Part shown: piece by piece, positions 10,013 to 19,725 of the stretch
Layout: each line of letters begins with the position of its first letter
Position numbering within the stretch: the first letter of the stretch is position 1
Source: Pyrinomonadaceae bacterium
Lineage (GTDB): Bacteria; Acidobacteriota; Blastocatellia; Pyrinomonadales; Pyrinomonadaceae
Assembly (NCBI GenBank): GCA_963728625.1
Contig: CAVSKU010000005.1
Location: 576,797-640,796, forward strand
Direction: 5' to 3'
Length of the DNA stretch: 64,000 nt
Translations under genes and position numbers: made by a program
The notes under the pieces: model-generated
What the model was told of the DNA's origin: nothing
The model's input: only the letters and a program-made list of their open reading frames with translations
Databases searched by the model: none

Positions 10013-10170
10013 CAAGCCGCTCAAAAACCTACCTCCAACTGCGCAAAGGTTTGACTAAGAAGTCGTGGCATTTGCGTTCGCCCTGCGGTTTCGTAGTGGT
10101 ATTTTTCTGTTGACATTCATTGCATACTGAATAACTATTTGTGCCTAATTGAAAGGAGCTTATTCCACCG

Positions 10171-10470
10171 ATGACCTATGTAGTTGTTGAGTTGTGCGTA
10201 GATTGCAAGTACACCGATTGCGCTGCAGTATGCCCGGTTGAAGCATTTCACGAACTACCCGACCGCCTCTACATCAACGCCGAAACTTGCATCGATTGCG
10301 ACGCTTGTGTTCCGGAATGTCCGGTGGAAGCAATCTTCGCCGATACCAACGTGCCTGAAAACTACGCTCACTGGACACAGATCAATATCGATGAGGCTCC
10401 GAAGTATCCAGTGATCAGTCAAAAAATTCCCGCTTTGCATGGTCCGACTTGCACCGGGCCGGAAGAGTAG
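10171..10470 (+). CDS. ferredoxin (FdxA-like, two Fe-S cluster motifs)
   Basis: 99 aa. TYVVVELCVDCKYTDCAAVCPVEAF and CIDCDACVPECPVEAI are the classic 7Fe/2x[4Fe-4S] ferredoxin Cys patterns. An AAAGGAG RBS precedes the start. Confidence 0.9.
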   Translation: MTYVVVELCVDCKYTDCAAVCPVEAFHELPDRLYINAETCIDCDACVPECPVEAIFADTNVPENYAHWTQINIDEAPKYPVISQKIPALHGPTCTGPEE

Positions 10471-10620
10471 GCTTAAATTTGATTGCTACTGTTTAGGCAA
10501 GGAATACTCTCTGAGATTGTCCGCGCGTTCGCAGTGCCCCGTTAGCTGAAACACTTCGTCTCCCTCCAAGTCGTTTAGTAGTTGGCTATTGCGCTTAGTT
10601 GTCGGTAAGCGGTTCTGAGT

Positions 10621-11169
10621 ATGAAGTCGATTCTTTCTGTTATTGCTATCTTCATAACTAGCGCCACGGTGTTGGCCCAGTCGGGTCGACGCGTAAGAGA
10701 AGTGGCTGTGCCGTTGCCGGTGCCGCCAGTAACGGAAACCGTTCCCACTCCGAAGCCCGCCGATGCGCCGGTAGTAACGGCAGAAAAGAATCAGGACTAC
10801 CGCTGCACTGACGATGGAACGTTGGCAAGGATTCTCGAGCCAGACGTCATTAACGAGCGAATACTAACGGCTAAGGAAGTGGATTCGAGGGTGGTGATTA
10901 CCTCCAAGCCGCCTCCTTCGTACACGAAAGAAGCAAGACGACTGGGGGTGCAAGGTTTTGTTACGGTGAAGGTATTACTCTCAAGCGACAGCAAGGTATC
11001 TCGTGTAAGAATTTTGAGAGGGTTGCCGGCGGGACTAACCGAGAATGCCATCCGCTCGGCGTGCAAGATCAAATTCAAGCCGGCGACAAAGGGTGGTCAA
11101 GCCGTCTCGCAGTGGGTTACTGCAGAATATGTTTTTCGTCTGGCCGATTCCTCGATCTTTGGTCCCTAA
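10621..11169 (+). CDS. TonB-family protein (Pro-rich linker + TonB C-terminal domain)
   Basis: 182 aa with an N-terminal hydrophobic segment, a PVPPVTETVPTPKPADAP linker, and a C-terminal ITSKPPPSYTKEARRLGVQGFVTVKVLL...KFKPA TonB_C pattern. Confidence 0.75.
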   Translation: MKSILSVIAIFITSATVLAQSGRRVREVAVPLPVPPVTETVPTPKPADAPVVTAEKNQDYRCTDDGTLARILEPDVINERILTAKEVDSRVVITSKPPPSYTKEARRLGVQGFVTVKVLLSSDSKVSRVRILRGLPAGLTENAIRSACKIKFKPATKGGQAVSQWVTAEYVFRLADSSIFGP

Positions 11170-11229
11170 AATACTAAATTGACCTGAACGATTTTTAGGT
11201 CACTTTCCAGTCTCCCCGACTCCAAATTT

Positions 11230-13161
11230 ATGAGGCGAGTTACTCTTCTCGCATTAAGCATTGGATTAGTGCTACTGCAGGCGCCGGGCTTAACCTCCGC
11301 CAAAGAGCACTGGGTAAAGGTGCGTTCGAAAAACTTCCTGCTGGTGGGGAACGTCAACGAAAAGGAGATTCGTCGGGTAGCCTTACATCTGGAGCAGTTT
11401 CGCGAAGCAATTACGCGCCTCTTTCCGGAAACAAATTTTCATTCATCCGTACCTACTACTGTTGTAATCTTCGGCAGCGACAGTTCTTACCGCCCTTTCA
11501 AACCCAAAGCATCTACCGCGGGCTACTTTCAATCAGGCACTGACGTGAATTACCTGACGCTCACTACCGAGCTTCAAGGCGGGCAAGATCCTTTTGGCGT
11601 CATTCTTCACGAATACTCTCATCTGCTGATGAATAACGTGAGCGGGCGGGTCCCGACGTGGTTTAGTGAAGGCCTGGCGGAGTGTTACAGCACTTTCACT
11701 ATCAGAGATCGCCACGTAGAGTTGGGCAGACCCATCGAAAATCACGTTCGCTTGCTGCGTCGAAAATCTTTACTCCCACTGAAGACTCTGCTTCAGGTAG
11801 ATAACCAATCGCCTCATTACAATGAACCGGACAAGGAAAGATTGTTCTATGCGCAATCCTGGTTGTTGACCCACTACCTATTACTGGGGCGTGGTGGTCA
11901 ACGAGCTGCCCAACTGCATAAGTTCGTCGAATTGGTGTCAGAGGGTGTTCCGCTTGAGGAGGCCTTTCAACAAAGTTTCGCTAGCTCTTTCGTTGTCATG
12001 GAGAATGAGCTTCGTGCGTATCTCGATCGCGATCGCTTTCCGGTCATCTCACGCGAGCTCGAAGCAACCGTAGGTTTTGGTTCAGACGTCCAGGCAAGCT
12101 CTCTTTCCCCTGCTGAAACCGCTGCGTATCTAGGCGATCTATTACTTCACAGCAATCGACCGGAAAGTGAAATCTATCTGCAACGGGCATTGACGCTTGA
12201 CCCAAACCTAGCCATGGCCCACGCCTCTCTCGGTATGTTGCGAGAGCAACAGGGTAAGTTAACGGAAGCCCGCGGCAGTTTGGAAAAAGCGGTATCGGCG
12301 AGTCCCGACAACTATTTATTTCGTTATTACTACGCATTTGTGCTTAGCAGAACGGGGCGAGGGCCGGATGGCATGGTCTCAGGCTACCTGCCTGAAGTTG
12401 CCGATAAGATGCGCCGGCATTTAAGGAAGGCAATCGAGCTGAAACCGGATTTCCTCGAGTCTTATGAGCTGCTGGCCTTTGTCAATCTGGTAACCAATCA
12501 TGAGGTGGTCGATTCCATCGAGCTTCTTAATAAGGTCATCGCCGCGTCGCCGCGTAATAATGATCTAGTATTAATGCTGGCACAGCTCTACATGCGCAAG
12601 CACGATTACACAAAAGCCCGTGACGTATTGGAGAACGCCAGGCGCCACACTACTGGCGCTAAATTGAAATTGAACATGCAAGCGCTGACCGCTCGCATTG
12701 CTTCACTGGAACAAATACTCACAAACGCTAACCCAACAATTGACGCGCGCACGCAAACTGCAATTAGCGAAACGCGAACGGAGGCGCCGGCAGAAACTTA
12801 CCAAGCGATAGAGGAGCTGGATCCCGCGCAACTGCTGAGACTGGCACTGAAGCAACCTCAGTGGGGCGAAACACAGGTGCAGGGAACGCTGGTGCGCATC
12901 GATTGCCACGACAAGGGGATCATGTTTGTGGTGAAGGTTGCCGACGAGGTGCTGCGATTAAGAACGGCCGCCTTTAAACACGTCTACCTGAGAGCCTTTA
13001 GCTCCGACGCCGGCCGTGAGCTCACCTGCGGTCCGCGAAACCCGGAAAACAACGTCGTTATTAATTACCTGCGTTCGGCTGAGTCGCCGTCAAACTTTAT
13101 CGGTGTCGCGAAATCCGTCGAATTTGTTCCCAAGGATTTCAAACTCAGCCCAGAACCATAA
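11230..13161 (+). CDS. secreted MA-clan (gluzincin-like) peptidase domain + TPR repeats
   Basis: 643 aa with a signal peptide. HEYSH (HExxH) is followed by WFSEGLAE (third ligand Glu). The central region has TPR-like repeats. Confidence 0.7.
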   Translation: MRRVTLLALSIGLVLLQAPGLTSAKEHWVKVRSKNFLLVGNVNEKEIRRVALHLEQFREAITRLFPETNFHSSVPTTVVIFGSDSSYRPFKPKASTAGYFQSGTDVNYLTLTTELQGGQDPFGVILHEYSHLLMNNVSGRVPTWFSEGLAECYSTFTIRDRHVELGRPIENHVRLLRRKSLLPLKTLLQVDNQSPHYNEPDKERLFYAQSWLLTHYLLLGRGGQRAAQLHKFVELVSEGVPLEEAFQQSFASSFVVMENELRAYLDRDRFPVISRELEATVGFGSDVQASSLSPAETAAYLGDLLLHSNRPESEIYLQRALTLDPNLAMAHASLGMLREQQGKLTEARGSLEKAVSASPDNYLFRYYYAFVLSRTGRGPDGMVSGYLPEVADKMRRHLRKAIELKPDFLESYELLAFVNLVTNHEVVDSIELLNKVIAASPRNNDLVLMLAQLYMRKHDYTKARDVLENARRHTTGAKLKLNMQALTARIASLEQILTNANPTIDARTQTAISETRTEAPAETYQAIEELDPAQLLRLALKQPQWGETQVQGTLVRIDCHDKGIMFVVKVADEVLRLRTAAFKHVYLRAFSSDAGRELTCGPRNPENNVVINYLRSAESPSNFIGVAKSVEFVPKDFKLSPEP

Positions 13162-13270
13162 CCATGGATTCCATCTTCACGTAAAACCAGGCAATCCGCT
13201 TGGCTGCCGACTCCCGTATATCTTCTCGAGTTCGGAAAATTTCAAGTTCTAAATTAGGAAGGACAAAACA

Positions 13271-13846
13271 GTGAAGAAACTTTTTCTTATGCTGCTGGTA
13301 GCAGTGTGTGCAATTACAGCTAGTGAAGGTGCTCAGGCACAGATGCAGATGAAGATGAATGACATGAACCCGATGGTCGGCGGCGCCGCGATGTACCGCT
13401 CGAAAGACATCATCGACAACGCCGTGAACTCGGCAGACCATACCACGCTGGTGGCGGCGGTTAAGGCGGCTGGGCTGGTCGAAACGCTGAAAAGCAGTGG
13501 GCCGTTTACGGTCTTCGCGCCAACGAATGCCGCTTTCGCAAAATTGCCTGCGGGGACGGTTGAAACGCTGGTAAAGCCGGAAAACAAAGAAACGTTGACC
13601 AGGATTCTGACCTATCACGTCCTGGCGGGAAGGTTTGATTCAAAAGCAATCGCCAAAAGTATTCGCAAAGGCGGCGGCCGCGCTCATCTTAAGACTGTCA
13701 GTGGTGATACGCTGACGGCAACCATGAACGGCTCAGATTTAGTTCTGCGTGATGAGAAGGGCGGGTTATCAAGGGTCACAGTAGGGAACGTGTATCAGTC
13801 AAACGGTGTGATCCACGTGGTTGATTCGGTCCTGGTGCCTAAGTAA
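13271..13846 (+). CDS. fasciclin (FAS1) domain protein
   Basis: 191 aa with a GTG start and a signal peptide. It carries the FAS1 signature FTVFAPTNAAFAKLPAGTVETL ... NGVIHVVDSVLVP. Confidence 0.85.
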   Translation: MKKLFLMLLVAVCAITASEGAQAQMQMKMNDMNPMVGGAAMYRSKDIIDNAVNSADHTTLVAAVKAAGLVETLKSSGPFTVFAPTNAAFAKLPAGTVETLVKPENKETLTRILTYHVLAGRFDSKAIAKSIRKGGGRAHLKTVSGDTLTATMNGSDLVLRDEKGGLSRVTVGNVYQSNGVIHVVDSVLVPK

Positions 13847-13882
13847 CGAGAAATCCTCTTAGTCTTCCAGCAGAATGTTTGT

Positions 13883-13920
13883 GAAAGGCGGACCCGAAAG
13901 TCCGCCTTTCGCTTCTTATT
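13883..13920. terminator. stem-loop between convergent genes (candidate bidirectional terminator)
   Basis: GAAAGGCGGAC-ccgaaa-GTCCGCCTTTC forms an 11-bp perfect stem followed by gcttcttatt. It lies between the fasciclin gene (+) and the tricorn gene (-). Confidence 0.6.
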
Positions 13921-13958
13921 GCCGTCGCAAGTCGCCGAACTAAATCTTTTGGACTTAC

Positions 13959-16900
13959 TCATTCATTGCTCGCCACGTTTTTTCTCGGACCCTGCAATTG
14001 CTTCAAGAGCTCTTCCACCGCGGCCTCAAGTTGCCGGTCGCGGCTGGCAAGATTATCTTCCGGCGTGTTGTCAACCAACATGTCCGGCTGCACACCATAG
14101 TTCTCCATGTTAGTTCGCTTGGAGTCTGCCAGGAACACGCCGACGCCCGGCGTGCGAACGGTTGAGCCGTCGATCAAACTATAGCTGCCTGTGCCGATCA
14201 CGGCGCCGGCCGTGGGCGTGCCGATGACTTTGCCCAGCCCGAGAGCGCGAAAGCCTGCGGGAAACATTTCTGCGTTGGAAGCAGAACGCCAGTTTTGCAG
14301 CACCACTTTCGGTCCAAAAAACGCTGCAAAGGGTCGGCCCATAGGCTCGGTTCCGCGCGGCTGCCAAACCTGATACTGGCGTTGAACCAGGATCGCCAAT
14401 AACTCTTGTTCGATGTTGCCGCCGCCATTCCAGCGCTGGTCTATGACTAGCGCCTCCTTGTTGCGGAACTCTCGAATTTCTTTTTCAAACTTTCGCAGTG
14501 AAGGTTGGTTCATCGCCTGTATGTGCAAATACCCGATGCGCCCGTTTGAGAGTTCATCTACAGTTTTGCGGCGCTCCTTTACCCAGCGTTCGTAGCGCAA
14601 TTGGCTATAGGCGTTTGTGGTAATCGCCTCGATACGAGTTGACCACGCACCTTCCTCGACAGGCTTGCTATTAAATTTCACTTCAACCTTGCGATTGAGC
14701 CGGTTATTCAGCAGCTGCCAGTATTCGTCGCCGGCTTTTACCGGTTTGCCATTGATCGCAATCAAGTAGTCACCTTTGCTAACTCGCACCCAATCCTTGT
14801 CGGCTGGCCCATCCTCGAAGATATGGGTCACTCGATAACGGCCGGCGGAATTGTCAGGTTGCAGTTCCAGCCCCAAATGGCCGGTGGAGACTGCGCCACT
14901 GCCGGTCCCGCGCGGAGGAGGCGCCGCGCCGGTATGCGAGGCATTCAATTCACCGATCATCTCATTGAGAAGATTGAGTAACTCCTGACGATCACCGACG
15001 TAGTCGACCAGCGGCCGATACTTCGCGCGCGCGGCGTCCCAATCAAATCCATGCATCTGGGGATCGTAAAAGCGGTACTTCATCGTACGCCACCCGTCAT
15101 CAAACATCTCCGCCCATTCCGCCGGATGCTCGATGCGCACTCTGACGTTGAATGAGAGTCGGCGACGCGCTGCTTCACTACTGCCACGCGCCGCACTCGC
15201 TGCCGCGGCTGCCGAGGAACCGCCCGACGGCATCGCGACTGAGTAAATGCCGCCACGTTCGCGAAAGAACAGCGTGCGACCGTCTCGCGAAACATTTAAT
15301 TCTGCGACCCCCGCGCCAAAGCCTCCGCCTCCAGGCGCCTGATCGCCGTCTTCGCTGGGTGGTTGGCCTGAAGTAAGGCGCGTCAGTCTCTTACCATCAT
15401 CTTGAATAGAGTAGATCACGGGCACGTTGGCAGTGCCGGCTGGTTCGCTGGTGACGAAAACCAACGTCCGGCTATCAGGGGCCACTGTGTAAGTGGCGAC
15501 CGGGAAAGGCATGCGTGTAACTTGCCGCGTGCGACGTTTCAATCCTGCCCAGTCAATCTTGATCTCTTTGGGAGGTTGGCGACGTTCCGCGGAAGGTCCA
15601 CGGCGCTGTCCGGCGGCGCTGCTGGCACCAGCAGTTTCCCCGCCCTCGCCTGAAGGAGCTGCGGGCTCGGTCTCTGCGCGTTCCTCGGGATCATCCGGAT
15701 CGCGATCGAGACGCTCAAGCACTACGGAATAGATCTGCACCGAAGTAGGCGTATTTCCAGTGGTGCCTTCAATACGCTGGAAGAATAGTTTGCGGCCATC
15801 GGGCGCAAAGAAAGGGTTGGTCTCGGTGTTGGAATCAAACGTGACTTTGTGGGCTTCGCGATCCTGACCTGAGGTTGCAATCAGGTAAACATCCGAAGTG
15901 CGTGATGCGTCCGGCTTTGCATAGGCAATCCACTTCCCATCAGGCGACCAAACTGGCGAGCCAATGCCACCGTAGCGTGACGTATCAAGCACGGCAATTT
16001 CTTTGTTGGCCACGGTCAGCTTGCGGAGTTTGTCATCGGATGAGGTAAAGGCGATCTCTTTGGAATCGGGCGACCAGTTGTAACCAAACTTTAACGCGTC
16101 AATGTTGGTGAGCTGCTGCGGTTGGACAGAGCCGTCTGACGGAACCACATAAATCTCTTCGCGACCACTTTGGTCGGAAATAAAAGCAATGGACTTGCCA
16201 TCGGGAGAATAGCCAAGAGCCCGATCGCGTGCCGGGCTTTCCGTGATCTGTTTGATGTCACCCTCTTCAACAGGTGCTGTAAAAATCTCGCCGTGAATCG
16301 AAAACGCAATCCGGCGCGCCGAAGGCGCCAGGTCGTAATCGTCGGCCTGCGAACTGAACGACTGCACCTCCGTCATGTTTTCCTGCGTCTCGGCAGCGAT
16401 GTTGAGTTTGATTGGCGACGTTTTCTTGCTGGCAAGGTCGAGTTTCCAGATGCCGAAGTCATGTTCGAAAACAATTGTGCGGCCATCTGCACTGATGGCG
16501 GGCCAACGCACATCACCAGCTTTAAATGAGGTGACGCGGTCCGCTTTGCCACCGCTTTCAGCGACGCGCCAGATATTTGTCAGGCCATTGCCATCGCGAT
16601 CGCTGACAAAGTAGATGAAGCCATCCTGGGCCCACATCGGCCACGAGTCGTGCCCGTCGAAATCAGTTAATTGAGTAAATTTCCTGGCGGCCACGTCCAT
16701 CACCACAACGTCGCTCTGCAAAGAACCGCGGTAAAATTTCCGCCAGTAAGCTTGTGACTTGGGGTTATAGGCCAGACGCTTGCCATCTGGTGAATAAGAA
16801 GCCTGCACCCCCATGTCGGTGCCTGCCTTCCAGGGCATGCCGCCTTCGGTTTTGACGAGGTAAAGCTGCGGCGTGAAGTCTTCACCGCGATTGCTGCTGA

Positions 16901-17267
16901 AAAGTACCGCCCCGGATCCTGGAGCCCACCCGAGCACAACATCCTCGGCTGAGTGCGAAGTCAACTGCCTGGCCGCGCCGCCCTCCGAAGGAATGATGTA
17001 AACATCGAGGTTGCCATTGCGGTCGCTGGAAAAGGCTACCCACTTTCCATCAGGCGAGAATCGCGCATAGACGTCACGGGCGCGATTAACCGTCAACCGC
17101 TGCACGTTCTGGCCATCATCGTTCGCAGTCCAGACATCGCCCAGATAGCTAAACACAACGCGACCATTGTGGTAATGCGGATAGCGCACCAGCCGTGCTT
17201 CACGGCCAAGCGCAAATGATGAGGCTACAAAAATCAGCGCGAGAACAGACAGGAAGTGTATCTTCAT
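13959..17267 (-). CDS. tricorn protease homolog (beta-propellers + PDZ + S41 peptidase domain)
   Basis: 1102 aa with a signal peptide and repeated TolB/WD40-like motifs (FSPDGKWVAF, YSPDGKSIAF, WSPDGKWIAY). A C-terminal PDZ and an S41-like region follow, matching the tricorn family architecture. Confidence 0.9.
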   Translation of the reverse strand: MKIHFLSVLALIFVASSFALGREARLVRYPHYHNGRVVFSYLGDVWTANDDGQNVQRLTVNRARDVYARFSPDGKWVAFSSDRNGNLDVYIIPSEGGAARQLTSHSAEDVVLGWAPGSGAVLFSSNRGEDFTPQLYLVKTEGGMPWKAGTDMGVQASYSPDGKRLAYNPKSQAYWRKFYRGSLQSDVVVMDVAARKFTQLTDFDGHDSWPMWAQDGFIYFVSDRDGNGLTNIWRVAESGGKADRVTSFKAGDVRWPAISADGRTIVFEHDFGIWKLDLASKKTSPIKLNIAAETQENMTEVQSFSSQADDYDLAPSARRIAFSIHGEIFTAPVEEGDIKQITESPARDRALGYSPDGKSIAFISDQSGREEIYVVPSDGSVQPQQLTNIDALKFGYNWSPDSKEIAFTSSDDKLRKLTVANKEIAVLDTSRYGGIGSPVWSPDGKWIAYAKPDASRTSDVYLIATSGQDREAHKVTFDSNTETNPFFAPDGRKLFFQRIEGTTGNTPTSVQIYSVVLERLDRDPDDPEERAETEPAAPSGEGGETAGASSAAGQRRGPSAERRQPPKEIKIDWAGLKRRTRQVTRMPFPVATYTVAPDSRTLVFVTSEPAGTANVPVIYSIQDDGKRLTRLTSGQPPSEDGDQAPGGGGFGAGVAELNVSRDGRTLFFRERGGIYSVAMPSGGSSAAAAASAARGSSEAARRRLSFNVRVRIEHPAEWAEMFDDGWRTMKYRFYDPQMHGFDWDAARAKYRPLVDYVGDRQELLNLLNEMIGELNASHTGAAPPPRGTGSGAVSTGHLGLELQPDNSAGRYRVTHIFEDGPADKDWVRVSKGDYLIAINGKPVKAGDEYWQLLNNRLNRKVEVKFNSKPVEEGAWSTRIEAITTNAYSQLRYERWVKERRKTVDELSNGRIGYLHIQAMNQPSLRKFEKEIREFRNKEALVIDQRWNGGGNIEQELLAILVQRQYQVWQPRGTEPMGRPFAAFFGPKVVLQNWRSASNAEMFPAGFRALGLGKVIGTPTAGAVIGTGSYSLIDGSTVRTPGVGVFLADSKRTNMENYGVQPDMLVDNTPEDNLASRDRQLEAAVEELLKQLQGPRKNVASNE

Positions 17268-17383
17268 GATTTTAACCTGCGGTAATAGATGGAATTACTG
17301 GCTGTTGATGCGGAAGGCGCATTATAGCATCGGCCAACTTTTATGGCATGATTTGAAGCGTTCGTTATCGAAAGGGGCCTCGG

Positions 17384-17854
17384 TTGATTACCTGTCGCAA
17401 AATGACTGCCGCGGATGTGGCCGACGCGTTTGAGATGCTCCGGACCTTTCTGCAGGAAGACGAACACTATCTTGCCAGTAGTCAGGCCTACGGCGACCGC
17501 GGTTTTCAAGGGCTCAATGATGCTTTGGATCTGTTTCTCGAACGGCCGGAGCTGGGATTTGTCTGGATTGCCTACGATGAGCATGGCGCTGCCGCCATCT
17601 GCGTTATCTGTTACGCCATTTCGACATCGATGGGGGCGGTCGTCGCCAAGCTCGACGATGTGTCGGTTAAAGCAGATCGACGCGGTAAGGGCATCGGCAC
17701 AGATCTGCTGAAACAACTAAAAGAACAACTCAAGAAAGAATCGGTGACGCGCATCGACGTCGCCGTTCATCTCCAAAACCCTCACGCACGGCGCTTCTAC
17801 GAAAATCTCGGGTTTGCTTCTCTGGATGAAGAGCGACTCGCCTGCGTGATCTAG
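17384..17854 (+). CDS. GNAT family N-acetyltransferase
   Basis: 156 aa with the acetyl-CoA motif RRGKGIGTDLL and the C-terminal ARRFYENLGF. The start is either TTG at 17384 or ATG at 17402. Confidence 0.8.
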   Translation: MITCRKMTAADVADAFEMLRTFLQEDEHYLASSQAYGDRGFQGLNDALDLFLERPELGFVWIAYDEHGAAAICVICYAISTSMGAVVAKLDDVSVKADRRGKGIGTDLLKQLKEQLKKESVTRIDVAVHLQNPHARRFYENLGFASLDEERLACVI

Positions 17855-18021
17855 GGGTGCCAAGCTTTTCCAGACTTAACCCCTACACAAAATGCGGCTC
17901 ACGCGTTAACGCAGAGCGCTGACATTAACACCGGGCTGAACCCGCGTGGTAACGCAACACCCAACGTTGATCTCTTCCAGCAAACTCTTTTTTGCAGCCG
18001 CTGCAAGAATCCGCCCGTCCC

Positions 18022-19404
18022 TTAACGCTTCAAGTTTGCAATCTCTTCAAAGTACCTGGCGAAAGCAACCATTCCTCCCGAAGCTTGCTGCCAATCGAAG
18101 TTTTCGTTGGGCGCGTGATAGCCATGTTCAGGTAGCGACAAACCCAGGAACAGCACCGGGCACTTCAGGACCTTCTCGATACTCGTCATCGCGCCGATGG
18201 TGCCGCCGTCCCTGACAAAAACCGCTTCCTTCTGAAACGCGAACTTTACCGCCTCTTTTAACAATGCAGGTAACGGCCCATCCATCGGCGTACGGAATGC
18301 AGGGGCAGCATGCTCGAAAACAACTTTGACATCCGGGTTCTTTTCCTTCACCGCAGCCTGAATCAGTTTTTGGAGCTTCTCAATGTCCTGACCGGGCACC
18401 AATCGACACGACGCTTTGACCTCAGCACGAGGTGGGACAATCGACTTCAAACCCGGACCTTGATATCCTCCAACCACTCCGTGTATCTCCATAGTCGGCA
18501 TTCCCCAGATTCGCTTCATCACTTCGAGCGAGTCATCGCTGCGCATTAGTTTGAGATGGTGCGCCTTCTTAAAGCCGCTTGCCGAAAAGCCGGAGTTGGC
18601 CCAATCATTCAGTTCGCTTTCAGTTGGAGGAATCACATCGTCGTAGAAACCGTTTATCCTCACCATACCCGTTGCCGGATCATAAAGGTCGCAGACGAGA
18701 CGCATCAGCTCCGCGATCGGATTGCGCGCCGCGCCGCCAACTTCACCCGAATGTGTATCGGTAGTTCCGGTTTCCAGCGTTAACAAAAACCCGAGCAGGC
18801 CTCGAAGACCCGCCGAACATGCGGGTCGATCTCTCGAAACCCAAACAGTGTCGGAGACTACGACTGAGTCGGTCGCCAGATCCGCGCCGGCTTTGGTGAT
18901 GATTTTTTCAAAGTTTGGCGATCCAATCTCTTCTTCAAACTCCCAGAGGAAGCGAATGTTAATTGGTACGCCTGCCTCAAGTGCAGCGCGGGCGCCGTAA
19001 AGCGCCGCGAGACCCGGCCCCTTGTCGTCGGTTGTTCCACGCCCGAAATAACTGTCGCCCTTTTTGGTCATTACAAAAGGTTCAGTGTCCCAGGGCTCAG
19101 TTTCTTTCGACGCCGGCTGGACATCCATGTGATTGTAGACGGTCACGGTGGGAAGGTTCTGGTCGTTGCCGAAGACGGCGTGAACGGTCGGATTTCCCTT
19201 GTCAGCCTGGTAAATATTCACCTTTCCGCCAAATCTTTGGAACGTGTCGACTGTTAAGTCCACCCCTTTGCGTATGTCTTCGGCGTGCGCCGGATCGACA
19301 GAAACTGTCGGCGTTTCAACGAAACGTTTCAGTAATCCTTCGTATTCGTCGCGGTGACTGTTGGCAAAAGAAAAGAGTTGTTCACGATCCAGCGCGTTCG
19401 CCAT
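18022..19404 (-). CDS. M20/M25/M40 family dipeptidase
   Basis: 460 aa with NHMDVQP, GRGTTDDKG and EEEIGS, the motifs of M20 metallopeptidases. Confidence 0.9.
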   Translation of the reverse strand: MANALDREQLFSFANSHRDEYEGLLKRFVETPTVSVDPAHAEDIRKGVDLTVDTFQRFGGKVNIYQADKGNPTVHAVFGNDQNLPTVTVYNHMDVQPASKETEPWDTEPFVMTKKGDSYFGRGTTDDKGPGLAALYGARAALEAGVPINIRFLWEFEEEIGSPNFEKIITKAGADLATDSVVVSDTVWVSRDRPACSAGLRGLLGFLLTLETGTTDTHSGEVGGAARNPIAELMRLVCDLYDPATGMVRINGFYDDVIPPTESELNDWANSGFSASGFKKAHHLKLMRSDDSLEVMKRIWGMPTMEIHGVVGGYQGPGLKSIVPPRAEVKASCRLVPGQDIEKLQKLIQAAVKEKNPDVKVVFEHAAPAFRTPMDGPLPALLKEAVKFAFQKEAVFVRDGGTIGAMTSIEKVLKCPVLFLGLSLPEHGYHAPNENFDWQQASGGMVAFARYFEEIANLKR

Positions 19405-19725
19405 TCTGGATAGCCCTCCGAATTGGTGTCGATTTTGGTAGGCCAGTGTAAAAGATGGGAGTCAAAACGCCAAAGGAGCAAGGCCTCATCTGAATCTCAG
19501 CGGAAGGCAACTTTTTGTCGGGCTCGACTCACTAACCCGAAAGACTGTCCCAATGGGAGCGACTCCGAAACTAGCAGCAAAAGCGAGAACCCCGAGTCCC
19601 GGCCGGCACAACTGTCGTTCAAATACCCCCGGCTCTCGTGCTATTCTGACAAACCCCTTTGGGCACCCGCACCATGGGCGGTAGCTGATAACAGGCTGAG
19701 AACTAGGATTTTCCAGGAGGCTTTT

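Noticed and set aside
10110-10138. TTGACA-N17-AACTAT promoter-like sequence upstream of the ferredoxin gene
   Set aside because: The -35 is perfect but the -10 is weak and there is no supporting recurrence. It is too uncertain to list as a feature.
13145-13618. 157-aa minus-strand ORF and other internal or antisense ORFs (e.g. 4057..4491, 4123..4566, 22404..22925, 36437..36904, 44092..44634, 50398..50913)
   Set aside because: Each lies inside and overlaps a longer ORF that has clear family motifs. Their compositions are those of out-of-frame or antisense reading of GC-rich genes.
19423-19725. 101-aa N-terminal extension of the S41 peptidase ORF
   Set aside because: The extension is low-complexity and overlaps the divergent promoter region. 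The GTG at 19726 has an AGGAGG RBS and is followed directly by a signal-peptide-like segment.
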